DNA from: a virus
Taxonomy: Duplodnaviria; Caudoviricetes
Virus record (IMG/VR): IMGVR_UViG_3300000439_000004
Span: 1-64,000 of that record
Direction: 5' to 3' (one strand)
Length of the DNA stretch: 64,000 bases
Shown: one piece after another, positions 20,506-31,437 of the stretch
Layout: each line of letters begins with the position of its first letter
Numbering within the stretch: position 1 is the first letter of the stretch
The notes under the pieces: generated by a model
Database searches by the model: none
Seen by the model: the letters and a program-made list of their open reading frames with translations, nothing else
Told to the model about the DNA's origin: nothing
Made by a program: the position numbers and the translations under genes

Positions 20506-21201
20506 ATGATAATACAAAATAAAGTATCAATAAGAATTGTTCCATTAAACATTAATAAATTAAAAATAAAATATCCAAATATTAAATATAACGATATCGT
20601 TGAAATAAATATAAATGATTTATCTATAAATAGCCCAATTGAGATTGATTGCATGTGTGAACTTTGTGGTGAAACTAAAAAATTACAATATAGAAAATAT
20701 ATTTTAAATAAAAATAGGAGACAGTATTATTCCTGCAAAAAATGTAAAAATAAAAAAACATCTTTAACTAAAAAAGAAAGATATGGTGATGAGTTATATA
20801 ATAACCCAAAGCAAATGATAAAAACAAAAGAAAAATTGGGAATTTATATTCCTTTAGAAATGGTAAGTGACTTTAAAAAATATCGAAAAATAGTTAATAG
20901 ATTTACATATAGATCAAAAAAAATATTATTCAATAATTGGAGTGGAATTGATTATTACGATAATGAAATGATTAAAGATAATTTAAAACTATCATCCAAT
21001 AGTATGAAATATCCCACAGTAGACCATATAATATCAATTCATGAGGGGTTTTTAAAAAATATTATCCCGTCAATTATAGGTGACATAAACAATTTATGTA
21101 TAACAAAAAGAGAGATAAATTTATTAAAAAGAAATAAAATAGGATTTATCTTTGATAAATCAAAACTATTTATATATTATGGAAAGAAATGTTATCAATG
21201 A
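20506..21201 (+). CDS. Putative homing endonuclease (HNH-like)
   Basis: CELCG/CKKC; PTVDHIISIHEGF..NNL..N. Confidence 0.6.
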   Translation: MIIQNKVSIRIVPLNINKLKIKYPNIKYNDIVEININDLSINSPIEIDCMCELCGETKKLQYRKYILNKNRRQYYSCKKCKNKKTSLTKKERYGDELYNNPKQMIKTKEKLGIYIPLEMVSDFKKYRKIVNRFTYRSKKILFNNWSGIDYYDNEMIKDNLKLSSNSMKYPTVDHIISIHEGFLKNIIPSIIGDINNLCITKREINLLKRNKIGFIFDKSKLFIYYGKKCYQ

Positions 21202-21508
21202 GGAACAAGTTAGAAACATATTAGATAAAATATTATCTGAACAAACATCAAAGGTTTCAAGAAATGAATTTAGTAGAGTTCAATTTAAAATTGAAGAATT
21301 ACAAAACTCATTAAATGAAACCGTTAAAGAATTGCGTAAATTGGAAGATTCGATACCATCAGGATTAAAAAGTATTACTAATGGTAGAATTAATTCAATA
21401 TCTAGTTATTTAGGTAATTCACAAAAAGTATTAATTCAACTTAAAGATAAAGTTAAATCACACAAGAGAAATTCATTTTCCCAACAAGTAGATGAAAAAA
21501 AGAAATAA
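21179..21508 (+). CDS. Coiled-coil protein with shared leader
   Basis: MERNVINEEQVRNILDKILSE. Confidence 0.6.
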   Translation: MERNVINEEQVRNILDKILSEQTSKVSRNEFSRVQFKIEELQNSLNETVKELRKLEDSIPSGLKSITNGRINSISSYLGNSQKVLIQLKDKVKSHKRNSFSQQVDEKKK

Positions 21509-21859
21509 TTATTCCAAACTTTTTTTCATTTTTTTAACATGTTCTTTTCCTTCTTCTGTAAGAAAATATACTTCTTCGGTATTTTCATCTGAATAAGATT
21601 GTACATATCCTTGTTCTTGTAAAGATTTTAAAACAGATGTTGCGACAGATTCTTTCATACATTGTTCAAATTCATCTTGATCAAATATACCATCTTCATT
21701 ATCTAGTTTACCTTCAATAAATTTTTCAGTTAGTTTATCACGGAAATATTCTCTAGCATATTCTAGATTATTTATTTCATATTCTTCGTAGAATTCTTCT
21801 AAGTTTTGGATTATTTCATCTGCAATTTCTATAACTTTTGGTTGATAAACTTTACCCAT
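21509..21859 (-). CDS. Hypothetical protein (winged-helix-like C-terminus)
   Basis: LQEQGYV...YFLTEEG. Confidence 0.6.
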   Translation of the reverse strand: MGKVYQPKVIEIADEIIQNLEEFYEEYEINNLEYAREYFRDKLTEKFIEGKLDNEDGIFDQDEFEQCMKESVATSVLKSLQEQGYVQSYSDENTEEVYFLTEEGKEHVKKMKKSLE

Positions 21860-21976
21860 ATTATATATTTTTTTACAAATATAGTATATGATTTTGATTT
21901 AAACAAATTTTTACTTATATTTATAAAAAACGGTATTGATACCATAAATTTATTAACCCCCTTTACATGGACTCTG

Positions 21977-22222
21977 ATGGTAAAAAGAAAAATACAATCA
22001 CTAAAAGATACAAGAAAGAGAATAACTTTCTTCAAAGATACATCACTAATGTTGGCAATGTTTTTTCTTCCTTTTGGATACGACGCGTTGTTCAAACTGA
22101 TAATGGATCTAACTGGTTCATATTGGGCAGCAGATACAGTTTTCTATTGTATTTCAGGGTGTTTTTGGTTGTCTTATATTTTATTATCGAGATCCTTAAA
22201 TAAAAAAAACCTATCTGAATAG
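21977..22222 (+). CDS. Small membrane protein
   Basis: Two hydrophobic segments; probable start MVKRK. Confidence 0.5.
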   Translation: MVKRKIQSLKDTRKRITFFKDTSLMLAMFFLPFGYDALFKLIMDLTGSYWAADTVFYCISGCFWLSYILLSRSLNKKNLSE

Positions 22223-22243
22223 ATAGGTTTTTTAATATACATT

Positions 22244-22513
22244 TTATTCATTGATCAGATTGAATCCCCAAGATTTAATTTGTGAAATCCAAAATTCCTC
22301 ATTCAAATCAATTTCAGTTTCAATTTCATCAATAATTTCTACAATTGGTTTTAAACCTAACTCTAATAGACTTTGAATCCAAACATGTAAACGTTTAATT
22401 TTGTTTTCTGATTCCGATATATGTAATTCTAAAACATCAGAAATATCATTAGTGTTTCCAACATATTTGATTTCATTTGAAATTGGGTCCATTAGTGTGT
22501 AGATATAATTCAT
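22244..22513 (-). CDS. Minimal GIY-YIG domain protein
   Basis: YIYTLMDP..IKYVG..E.FWI..LIN. Confidence 0.6.
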   Translation of the reverse strand: MNYIYTLMDPISNEIKYVGNTNDISDVLELHISESENKIKRLHVWIQSLLELGLKPIVEIIDEIETEIDLNEEFWISQIKSWGFNLINE

Positions 22514-22516
22514 AAA

Positions 22517-22654
22517 TCAATTATCTTTCTTTTTGTCTGGTTTTTGTAATCCTTTATTTTCTTCTATTTTTTTATCTTGTTCTTTCTTAACAGCATTCTT
22601 ATGTTTTTCTTGAATTGCTTTCTTTTCTTCCTCTGACATTTTTAATATGCTCAT
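22517..22654 (-). CDS. Small hypothetical protein (45 aa)
   Basis: MSILKMSEEEKKAIQEKHK...; not in ORF track. Confidence 0.5.
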   Translation of the reverse strand: MSILKMSEEEKKAIQEKHKNAVKKEQDKKIEENKGLQKPDKKKDN

Positions 22655-22703
22655 AATATTTTTTTTATTAAATATACAATAATTATGAAAAATTATAAAG
22701 TAT

Positions 22704-23030
22704 TTATATTTTATTTCTTAATATATTATCTAATATTTTAAAACATTCAGTAAAACCTTCACATTCAATATCATATCTAGTTTCTTTACTATCTCCACTA
22801 TACCCAAAAACTATTCCATTACTTAATGAAATGGAATAAACCCAGTGATTAATATAAAACATTTCGGTGGTTAAAAATACTCCATCTTTATCAAAAAAAT
22901 AATATAATTTTTTTATATCATATAAGGATAAAGTTGAGACACTAACAAGTCCGACATTTGGAAACATTTTATCTACAAAATGTTTAAATGCAACTGGGTA
23001 TAAAAATTCTATAACGTACCAATCAATCAT
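22704..23030 (-). CDS. Hypothetical protein
   Basis: ORF track. Confidence 0.55.
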   Translation of the reverse strand: MIDWYVIEFLYPVAFKHFVDKMFPNVGLVSVSTLSLYDIKKLYYFFDKDGVFLTTEMFYINHWVYSISLSNGIVFGYSGDSKETRYDIECEGFTECFKILDNILRNKI

Positions 23031-23094
23031 AATCGTATAAATATTTTAATAATAATTTGTATTTTCAAAAAAATCAATATAATTATCATTTGAA

Positions 23095-23328
23095 ATGAAT
23101 ATAATCGACTATTATTACGAAAGTAGAAATTTAAATGTAGAATTCTCAACAATTGATGATGGGGATAAGTTTTATAGAACATTAAATTTATCGTTTGACG
23201 ATATTCAATATTATTCACCAACCATAATAATTGAAAAAGATTTATATGATATTGATGAGGATTTCGTAATTGACTTAATAAATCAATATTTAAAAGAGAA
23301 TGATCTTCCTGAAGAAGAAAGTTTGTGA
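23095..23328 (+). CDS. Acidic hypothetical protein
   Basis: ORF track. Confidence 0.55.
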   Translation: MNIIDYYYESRNLNVEFSTIDDGDKFYRTLNLSFDDIQYYSPTIIIEKDLYDIDEDFVIDLINQYLKENDLPEEESL

Positions 23329-23340
23329 TATTTATATAGT

Positions 23341-23721
23341 ATGGAATTTCTATCAGACGAAAAAAAGAAACTTTTACATACGTTTACAAAGTTTGTAAAA
23401 GAAAAATTGGAACTTGAATCAGTTCCTACTATTGTTATTCAAAATGGTAATAATGGTTTAAAGACTACTGCAAATTACGATTATACCAAAGAAAATAAAA
23501 TCATTAAGGTTAACGCAAAAAATAGGGCATTGGTTGATGTTATGAGAAGTCTTGCACATGAGATGACTCACCATAAACAATTTGAAGAGGGTAGATTAAC
23601 AAATTCAAATGAAGATGGTGCAGATGGTAGTGATATTGAAAATGAAGCACATGCTGTTGCAGGTTTAATTATGAGAAAATTTAGTAATATTCACCCAAAA
23701 GTTTATGATGAAATTAAATAA
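23341..23721 (+). CDS. HExxH metallopeptidase-like protein
   Basis: LAHEMTHHKQ...ENEA. Confidence 0.6.
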   Translation: MEFLSDEKKKLLHTFTKFVKEKLELESVPTIVIQNGNNGLKTTANYDYTKENKIIKVNAKNRALVDVMRSLAHEMTHHKQFEEGRLTNSNEDGADGSDIENEAHAVAGLIMRKFSNIHPKVYDEIK

Positions 23722-23777
23722 TAAACTTTTTTTTTTAAAACTCCACAAAATGGAGTTTTTTTTATATTTATATACAT

Positions 23778-24038
23778 ATGAAATTAGTAATAACTGAGAA
23801 ACAGCTGGAACTATTGTTGTCCAAATATACGAAAGACGAATTGGATGAACAAGATGCAGCATCTGCCGCACCAACTGCGGGAACATCAGACAAACAATCT
23901 GGCGGTCAAGGTTATCCAGATGTTACAAAATGGGAAAGTGGTGTTACTAGAGGACCTGGTAATCCAGTTGGTAATACAAAATGGTCAGATACCGTTGGTT
24001 CAAAATTAACAAGGGGTAAAGCAAATCCTTTAACATAA
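23778..24038 (+). CDS. Small protein with shared leader and two internal repeats
   Basis: MKLVITEKQL; KW....TRG..NP twice. Confidence 0.65.
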   Translation: MKLVITEKQLELLLSKYTKDELDEQDAASAAPTAGTSDKQSGGQGYPDVTKWESGVTRGPGNPVGNTKWSDTVGSKLTRGKANPLT

Positions 24039-24062
24039 TTTCAAATATTTATAAATAAAAAA

Positions 24063-25310
24063 ATGACAAATAAAAGAATTTTAGTAACTGAATCTGAAAG
24101 AAATAATATATTAGGTTTATATGGTGTTAATCATAAACCGGAATATGTTATTTTAGATTGGTTATCTCCAAATGAAGATTATGCAATTTTTTTAGATGAA
24201 TTGTTTGATATTAAAAACCAAACAAAATTAGGAAACATTTGGGAAAATTTTGATAATTTTAAATTTTTCATCAAACATAGTTTCGACACCGCAAAAAATA
24301 TTCCAACAGACATTAAGGAATCAGTTAATGAATCTTTAAATAATTTATTATTAACAGAATCAACACAGGATTTTACAAGATTAAAACCATTTATAAAAGA
24401 TATTATTATAAATGAAGGTTTTGGTGATTGGATGTCAAGTGCTGGTGAATGGTTAAAAGATACTGCAAAGGGAGCAATAAGTGGTACTGGCGATTTTTTA
24501 TCAAAATCATATCAAGGTGTTAAAGGACTTATTAATGGTATTAGTCAAGGTCAATGGTCTGATGTTTTAAATTTAATTGGGAAAGGTGCATTATTTGTTG
24601 CTAGAAAAATAAGGTCAGCTTTATATAATCCAATTGGATTAATTCTTGATGCTATTTTAGTTGCTACGGGTATCGGTAAAGGTGCTCAGGTGGTTGTTTG
24701 GGGGGTTGTTGTTGCGTTGGATATTTATGAATTAATGACAGGTAAATTTGAAGATCCAAATGAAAATTATTTAACGAGACTTCTTTTTACAGGTATTGAT
24801 TGTATTGGTTTAGTCACTGCTGGAGCAGCAGCAAAAGAATCAGAAGGTATTATTGGTGATATTATTAGAAAATTTGGAACATCGACTGAAGGTTTGTCAA
24901 ATGCGGTAAAAACTAATGGTATGTTTAAAAGTATATTAGAAAAAATAAATAGCGTTGCTGGTTCTGTTTCATCTAAAATGAGTAGTATTGCAAGTTTCCT
25001 TGAAAAAAAATCACCAATGTTATATAAATTCGTCTCGTCAATATTAGGTGGATTAAATAAATTCATTCAAAAAATTATTGATTTAGTTAGTGGTATTTTA
25101 GGTATTGGTAAAAAAGTAATTTCAGCACCTGGTAAAATGATAGAAAAAGGTTTAGGTGGTGGTAAATTAGGTAAAGGAGCAAAAGCCGGTTTTAATACGG
25201 GGGCACTTGTAACTGGTTTGGGTACATATGGAAAAGGTAATGAAATTCAAAATGCAAAAGAACTTGAAAATGTTTTTACCAATTCTAATTCAGATTTTGA
25301 TGGTGTTTAA
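24063..25310 (+). CDS. Putative virion membrane-interacting protein
   Basis: Leader MTNKRILVTESER; Gly-rich hydrophobic helices. Confidence 0.6.
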   Translation: MTNKRILVTESERNNILGLYGVNHKPEYVILDWLSPNEDYAIFLDELFDIKNQTKLGNIWENFDNFKFFIKHSFDTAKNIPTDIKESVNESLNNLLLTESTQDFTRLKPFIKDIIINEGFGDWMSSAGEWLKDTAKGAISGTGDFLSKSYQGVKGLINGISQGQWSDVLNLIGKGALFVARKIRSALYNPIGLILDAILVATGIGKGAQVVVWGVVVALDIYELMTGKFEDPNENYLTRLLFTGIDCIGLVTAGAAAKESEGIIGDIIRKFGTSTEGLSNAVKTNGMFKSILEKINSVAGSVSSKMSSIASFLEKKSPMLYKFVSSILGGLNKFIQKIIDLVSGILGIGKKVISAPGKMIEKGLGGGKLGKGAKAGFNTGALVTGLGTYGKGNEIQNAKELENVFTNSNSDFDGV

Positions 25311-25333
25311 AAAAAATATAAAAAAATAAAAAA

Positions 25334-27337
25334 ATGGAAAAAAAAATAATAAATGAAATTAAGACTATTAAATTGATGATGAACTCAATTAATGGTAATA
25401 AAATTAATATTTTAGAGTCATATCCAATTGATACCGACATTGATGAGGCGTTAGGTGATACTATCGCCAAAGATTTAGAAAATATTCATGACTTATCAAG
25501 TGTAGGTGGAACTCTTCGTTCTGCATTTGAGGATATGGAAAGGGCAATTATGAATTCACCAGAAGGTGCAATAAAAATAGGAACTAAAGAATTAAAAACT
25601 GCAGATGAAATTTTTACCGCAATAAAAGATGGTAGTTTAAAAGGTAAAGAATTAGGTAGGGTTGAAAAGGGACTTTTAAAATCAAGAAATACACCATTTT
25701 CATTAAGAAAAACAATTATATCTGATTTTACAAAAAATAAAAATATATTAAAAGATTTAAGTGATCATTGTAAAAATACGAAAGATATTAAAATATATTT
25801 AGATGGGAAAGGATATGCACCAGAATCTATAAATGGTATTATTTCCGATTTAAAAAGTAAAAACTATATAGGTGATAAAGGTGTATTTACATATGAAGTT
25901 GGTTCATCAACTAAAGTATCTACGGGGACAAACACAAGTAATATTAGTGGTGTTAAAAAATATACACAAGACCAATTTCAAAAATTAAAAGATTTTTTCA
26001 AAGGTGGAAAAAGAAGTTGGAAAGAAACATTGATATGGGCAGCAGGTATTGGTATTGGTGCGACCGCTTTATGGTATATGTTGAGTGATAGTGGTCAAAA
26101 ACCAGATGATATGCCAACAACACCACCAACTGATTCAAATTGGGCTCCGTGTATACAAAAATTAATTAATGATAAAATTGGTATAGTTGCAACATCACCA
26201 TCTGGTGAAGTTAGTGTTAAAGTAACAAACGAACAATATCCAAAAGGAATTCAATTTTATTCAGGAGGTAGAGTATTTGATATTGCTACAGGTAAAAAAG
26301 GAACATACAATTGTAAAAATGGACAAATTGTTAGTGAACAAGCGTCAAGTAATAACTCAGGATTATATGGTGATGTTAATATTATGATTGATTTGTTAGA
26401 TTTTCCTTGTACAACCAATGATTTAAGAAAAGCAAAGGCATTACTACAAAAATATGTTTCAAATGGTCAAGGTCAAAGATTTTTAGATTTATATCAAGAC
26501 TCAGGTTTAGGTGGTGGTGATTTAAATAAATCTTTAAAATACCTTTATGTTACAGAACCAGAATCAGTTGATAATAGAAATCAAATGTATTCAATGATTA
26601 AACAAATCCAAAGTGGACAATCATCTTCAAATCAAGGGTCTGGTAATGGTCTTAACGACATTAACATTATTTGGGATGGAGAAAATAGTGGAGGAGGAAA
26701 TAGTGGTGGAGGAAGTTCCAAAGGAAGTGGTGTGAAATATCATGATTGTAATGGTCAACCTTTTCCTTTAGAATATGGATGTATATCAGATAAAGTTAAA
26801 GATATTCAAGGTTGTTTAGGTATAACCCCAACAAAAGGTTATTTTGGACCAAAAACAAAAGGGGTAATAAATGCAAATGTAATTGAAAAAGACACTTATG
26901 ATAAAATAATGTCTAAATGTAACCCTAGTGGATCAACAACTGCAACTACTAGTCCAACAACTGCAACAACAATTACAAATAAAGTACCTGACAATACAAT
27001 AACAGGACCTGGTGAAAATCCTGAAATTGATAATACAACTAAATTTGGAGATAAAGGAACAGATCCAGCAACTGGTAAACCAGCAACATGGGATGGTACA
27101 AAATGGGTGGAAGATGTTGATCAAAATCAAGGAAAACAACTTTATGATAGTTTGATACAACAAGGAAAATTAAAAATAGAAAACAACATGTTTGCAAATA
27201 GAATAAAAGAAAAAGGTGATTTAACTACCGATCAATTAAATATGATTGATAGTTATTTACTTCCATTAGGTTACACCAGATTTAAACAAAAATTAGATAA
27301 AAGTTATGGTGTGAAATATGTTTGGAGAAAAAAATAA
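25334..27337 (+). CDS. Large putative virion protein (TM, degenerate PG-binding motif)
   Basis: TM WAAGIGIGATALW; VKDIQGCLG..GYFGPKT. Confidence 0.6.
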   Translation: MEKKIINEIKTIKLMMNSINGNKINILESYPIDTDIDEALGDTIAKDLENIHDLSSVGGTLRSAFEDMERAIMNSPEGAIKIGTKELKTADEIFTAIKDGSLKGKELGRVEKGLLKSRNTPFSLRKTIISDFTKNKNILKDLSDHCKNTKDIKIYLDGKGYAPESINGIISDLKSKNYIGDKGVFTYEVGSSTKVSTGTNTSNISGVKKYTQDQFQKLKDFFKGGKRSWKETLIWAAGIGIGATALWYMLSDSGQKPDDMPTTPPTDSNWAPCIQKLINDKIGIVATSPSGEVSVKVTNEQYPKGIQFYSGGRVFDIATGKKGTYNCKNGQIVSEQASSNNSGLYGDVNIMIDLLDFPCTTNDLRKAKALLQKYVSNGQGQRFLDLYQDSGLGGGDLNKSLKYLYVTEPESVDNRNQMYSMIKQIQSGQSSSNQGSGNGLNDINIIWDGENSGGGNSGGGSSKGSGVKYHDCNGQPFPLEYGCISDKVKDIQGCLGITPTKGYFGPKTKGVINANVIEKDTYDKIMSKCNPSGSTTATTSPTTATTITNKVPDNTITGPGENPEIDNTTKFGDKGTDPATGKPATWDGTKWVEDVDQNQGKQLYDSLIQQGKLKIENNMFANRIKEKGDLTTDQLNMIDSYLLPLGYTRFKQKLDKSYGVKYVWRKK

Positions 27338-27361
27338 TAAAAAATAATAAAAAAAAATATA

Positions 27362-28333
27362 ATGGAAAATAAGTTTATATTATCAGAAGGAGAGAAAATA
27401 AGAATATTAAATCTTCATGTAAATGCAACAAAAAAGAATTATTTAAATGAGGTAGATAATTCTTATTATCAAAAAACAAATCCAAATAATATAAATACAT
27501 ACCCACCATGTGTTCAAAATATCATAAGAAAAAATGGTATTGAAAATGAAAATAATCAATATTATGTAAGAGGTGAAAATGAAAACGCAGATAAGGTATT
27601 TTATAATAATAAAAAATATTATAATACCACAACTAGTAAATTTGGAACATATAGTTGTGATGGTGAAAATATTATACCAGATCCTCCACCAGGAACTGCA
27701 ACTCAAACAAAACCTGCAACAGACCCAAATAGAATTCAAAATATTGCAAATGCGTTCAATTCATTACAAAATGGTACAATTGTAAGTCCTGGTAGTTCAG
27801 TAAATGGGATGGAATGGACAAATTATGTCAAAAAATATAATATAACTAGTGATGAAACTCGTCAAGCAGAAACACTTGCAAAAACATTGAAAAACAAACC
27901 AGCAAAACTACAATCAAAAGTAGATAATTTTAATGATGTTTTACAAGGAAAACAATATTTACATTTTGGTTCTAATGGAGATGCGGTTAAAACTCTTCAA
28001 ATGAAATTAAAATTACAACTTCCTCAAAATCAATATGGTCATTTTGGAAATGTAACTAAACAAGCGGTAATAAATTTTCAAACAAATAATAATTTAAAAG
28101 ATAAAAGTGGTATTGTAGGTCCTGAAACAGCAAATGCATTACAAAATCAAGATAGTAATCAAACAACACCAACATACGCAGATACACAAAATTTAAATAA
28201 GGCTTTAAGTGCACATAAATACAATTATAAGTCACCTCAAGGAAATACACAACTCAATAACCCATTACAAACAAATACCGTAACACCACAAACAAATACA
28301 CAAGTAAATCAAAATACAACAAAAACAAATTAA
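27362..28333 (+). CDS. Peptidoglycan-binding domain protein with leader
   Basis: GSNGDAVKTLQ..GHFGNVTKQAVINFQ..GIVGPET. Confidence 0.7.
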   Translation: MENKFILSEGEKIRILNLHVNATKKNYLNEVDNSYYQKTNPNNINTYPPCVQNIIRKNGIENENNQYYVRGENENADKVFYNNKKYYNTTTSKFGTYSCDGENIIPDPPPGTATQTKPATDPNRIQNIANAFNSLQNGTIVSPGSSVNGMEWTNYVKKYNITSDETRQAETLAKTLKNKPAKLQSKVDNFNDVLQGKQYLHFGSNGDAVKTLQMKLKLQLPQNQYGHFGNVTKQAVINFQTNNNLKDKSGIVGPETANALQNQDSNQTTPTYADTQNLNKALSAHKYNYKSPQGNTQLNNPLQTNTVTPQTNTQVNQNTTKTN

Positions 28334-28544
28334 AAGAAAATTAGCATGGGATAGTACACAAATAGTTAATGGTTTACCTAGTTTATTAGATATGAATACA
28401 AAAGAAAGTTATTCTGCTGATAAATCAGGGGTTTATAAAGACTCAAAAGGTAATATTATAGGAAGTTTTCAAGATTTAATGAACAAATAAATAGACATAA
28501 AAAAACCCATCAAAAAATGATGGGTTTTTTATTTTAGAAACAAG

Positions 28545-28944
28545 TGGATCTAACCGGAGTCGAACCGGTGTCTTCAGAACTTAACAATAAGTGACTACAC
28601 GTTTATTCAATTATTCACAATTGACAAATAGATGGTTTCATATGACTTACCAACAAACACACTTAATTTCCTTATTTTAAGGAGTTTTAAACTTTGCCAA
28701 CGTACTCCGATACGTTTCGGGTGTATCAACCCTTGATTACTTCTGTTCCTAGGTTATATGTAATTCGACCCGGTGTAGATTCACCTCTTAGGCTACTGCT
28801 ACGTTAGAAGTTGCAAGAATTCCTGCAATTTCCATGTTTTTGTAAACGTTGCCGTTTAATTGTTTAAATCAGTTTTTAAAGAGTTAACTCAGCTCTTACG
28901 TGCCACTCATCCCTAACATTCTAAATCAAAACCAAAATAGACCC
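28545..28944 (-). ncRNA. ssrA: tmRNA
   Basis: 5' GGGTCTATTTTGGTTTTGA, 3' GACACCGGTTCGACTCCGGTTAGATCCA; G3.U70 acceptor pair; tag ORF 28853-28788 GNVYKNMEIAGILATSNVAVA*. Confidence 0.92.
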
Positions 28945-28999
28945 ATATTTTAAAGAACTATTGCAAATATAAGAAGAAAATTTGAAATAAAAAAATTAT

Positions 29000-29293
29000 T
29001 TATTTTTTTTTCTTATAAGGACCTCTTTTCTTATGAACAATCTCTTTTACCTCAGATTTAATATCTGTAATTTGACTATTCACTTCATTTTTAATTTCTT
29101 TTACTTCTTCTTTTACTTCAGATTTAATGTCAGTAATTTGATCATTAACAGATTCTTTAATCTCTTTTACCTCAGATTTAATATCTGTGATTTGATCATT
29201 AACCGCAACCTCAAGTTCATTTATTTCATTAATTTTATCTTGGATACTTCCACCACCCAATAATTTTTTAATTAATTCAATAATCTTTTTCAT
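29000..29293 (-). CDS. Coiled-coil repeat protein
   Basis: Three VN(D/S)QITDIKSEVKE repeats. Confidence 0.6.
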   Translation of the reverse strand: MKKIIELIKKLLGGGSIQDKINEINELEVAVNDQITDIKSEVKEIKESVNDQITDIKSEVKEEVKEIKNEVNSQITDIKSEVKEIVHKKRGPYKKKK

Positions 29294-29417
29294 AGTGTTT
29301 TTAATATAAATATAGTTTATTATACAATTGTCACAACCAACTCCCCATAAACCTCATTTAAGTCAATTATAATGGGGTTTATTCTTTGGTCTATATCTTT
29401 CATCACAAATGGAAGAA

Positions 29418-29738
29418 TTAACGAAATACGTGTCTGAATAAGATGTTTTTTATTTCTTCCGGTAATACTCTATCTGTAATAAATTCAAAATCAGATATTT
29501 TATTTGTACTTTTATATAAATATGGTTCATATTTAAAAATGTCTACTTCAATTATTACTATTTCTTTTCCCCAACATAAACCAATTTGTTCTTTAATAAT
29601 TTTATAAACGTTATTTGTTAAAAACACGTAGTTTTGTTTAATCGACCAATGAGTTATTCCTCTTTTATAATTAGGTAAAATACCTTTTTCTAAAATTGAA
29701 TCAATATTTTCTATTTTGGTTATGTGATATAAAATCAT
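29418..29738 (-). CDS. ADP-ribosyltransferase/Tpt1-like fold protein
   Basis: LYHITK..NIDSILEKGILP...VFLT. Confidence 0.55.
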   Translation of the reverse strand: MILYHITKIENIDSILEKGILPNYKRGITHWSIKQNYVFLTNNVYKIIKEQIGLCWGKEIVIIEVDIFKYEPYLYKSTNKISDFEFITDRVLPEEIKNILFRHVFR

Positions 29739-29807
29739 ATTATATAATAATCATAAATATAAGTAATAATATTCATATATCCAATTTTTTCCATTATATT
29801 TATTTTA

Positions 29808-30493
29808 TGAAGGAAACAAACACAACAAAAATCAGTATAACTATATCAAGACCCCTCATTGAAAAAATTAAAGAAGGAAATTATAATCGTAATCAACTAC
29901 TTATTAGTTCATTAAAAGATTTACCTAATAAAAATGTTATTTATGGTCTTTCAGATCCGATATCTAATCAAATTAGATATATTGGAAAAGCGGTTGACTT
30001 ATACACAAGAATTAGAAATCATTATAAAGAATCACGTTTAAAATATGTAACACATAAAAATACTTGGATTAAATCTCTTTTAAATGAAGGATTAAGAGTT
30101 AATGTAATTATATTAGAGGTATTAAATAATGAGGAATTACTCAATGAATCAGAAATAAAATGGATAAAATATTACCGAGAAATCGGTAATGATCTAACAA
30201 ATGGTACTAATGGTGGTGACGGTGGAAAAATGTCACCTGAATCATTGTTAAAAATGTCTGAAAGTAAACGTGGTAAAACACATTCCGAAGAGACTAAATT
30301 AAAGATGAGTTTATCTAAAAAAGGACATACTCTTAGTGATGAAACAAAAAATAAAATAGGTAAAAAACATAAAGGGAAGATTGTTTCAGAAGAATCTAAA
30401 GAAAAAATGAGACAATCTAGATTAAATTATATTAATCGTAAACAACAAATTTTAAAAATTGACCATCCCTTTCAATTAAATCAAGAACAATAG
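29808..30493 (+). CDS. GIY-YIG homing endonuclease with NUMOD3 repeats
   Basis: VIYGLSDP..IRYIGK; HSEETKLKMS repeats. Confidence 0.8.
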
Positions 30494-31166
30494 GATTATT
30501 TTTTGGTTTATATTGTTCCGTACATATTGATGAATTTATAAATAAAGTATCATCAATTTCCTTTATACCTCTTGCACAATGTATATGTCCAAAACAGTTT
30601 ATAATTGGTTTAAGTTGATTAACCTTATACCGTAAAAATTCACACCCTACACTTTGATTCATTAATGTATAATCTAAAATTCCGTAAGGAGGCGAGTGTG
30701 TAATTAATATATCAGTATCTTCCGGTATTTGATTCCATTTATCCTGAATATCCACACCATTTCTTGGTAAGTTGAATGCCCAATTAAAAAACTCTGGTTG
30801 CCAAGGTGAACCATATACTTTAATTGGTTTAGAAAACTCATCAGAATTAATTATATATTCACTATCTTCTAAGTAAATACAATTTAACTTTGGTAACTTT
30901 CCTTCTTCAACCAAACGATCTAACCAAGGTAAATCATTACCATGTCTTATCCTATTATCTTCAAATCCAAAATCATGATTACCAGCAATAAATATTTTAT
31001 GTTGATAACCTTCTAAATCATTAAACCATTTAACAAATTCAATAATTTCTGATTCTGTTCCGATATTGGTTACATCTCCAGAATGTATTAACACATCACC
31101 TTTTGGTAAAGGTGATAACATTACATTGTGTAAACTATGCGTGTCAGAAAAAAATACCAGTCTCAT
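30432..31166 (-). CDS. Calcineurin-like metallophosphoesterase
   Basis: SDTH, HSGD, AGNHD, THSPP, FGHIH. Confidence 0.88.
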   Translation of the reverse strand: MRLVFFSDTHSLHNVMLSPLPKGDVLIHSGDVTNIGTESEIIEFVKWFNDLEGYQHKIFIAGNHDFGFEDNRIRHGNDLPWLDRLVEEGKLPKLNCIYLEDSEYIINSDEFSKPIKVYGSPWQPEFFNWAFNLPRNGVDIQDKWNQIPEDTDILITHSPPYGILDYTLMNQSVGCEFLRYKVNQLKPIINCFGHIHCARGIKEIDDTLFINSSICTEQYKPKNNPIVLDLIERDGQFLKFVVYD

Positions 31167-31268
31167 ATCTTAAGTAAAAAAGGTTAGAGTAATTAAACCC
31201 TAACCTTTTGAGGCCGTAAATATATTTACATTTCTCCACCACTTTGTTTTTCTAAACAAAGAAAATAA

Positions 31269-31437
31269 TTAAGATAATTTAGAATTGGAATAGGCACCAA
31301 TAATAGTCATACGGTTAAAAACTAAAGCCTAAGGTTTGACCAGCTACCTCTTTTACGATATAGCGTTTCACAACATTTCAGACCGTTTTTCTATAACGGT
31401 AACCCTATACTACATCTGCTAGACCTAAATCACCTTA
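31269..31437 (-). ncRNA. Unidentified structured ncRNA candidate
   Basis: Terminal stem TTAAGGTGATTTAG/CTAAATTATCTTAA, internal hairpins, boxA directly upstream. Confidence 0.5.
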
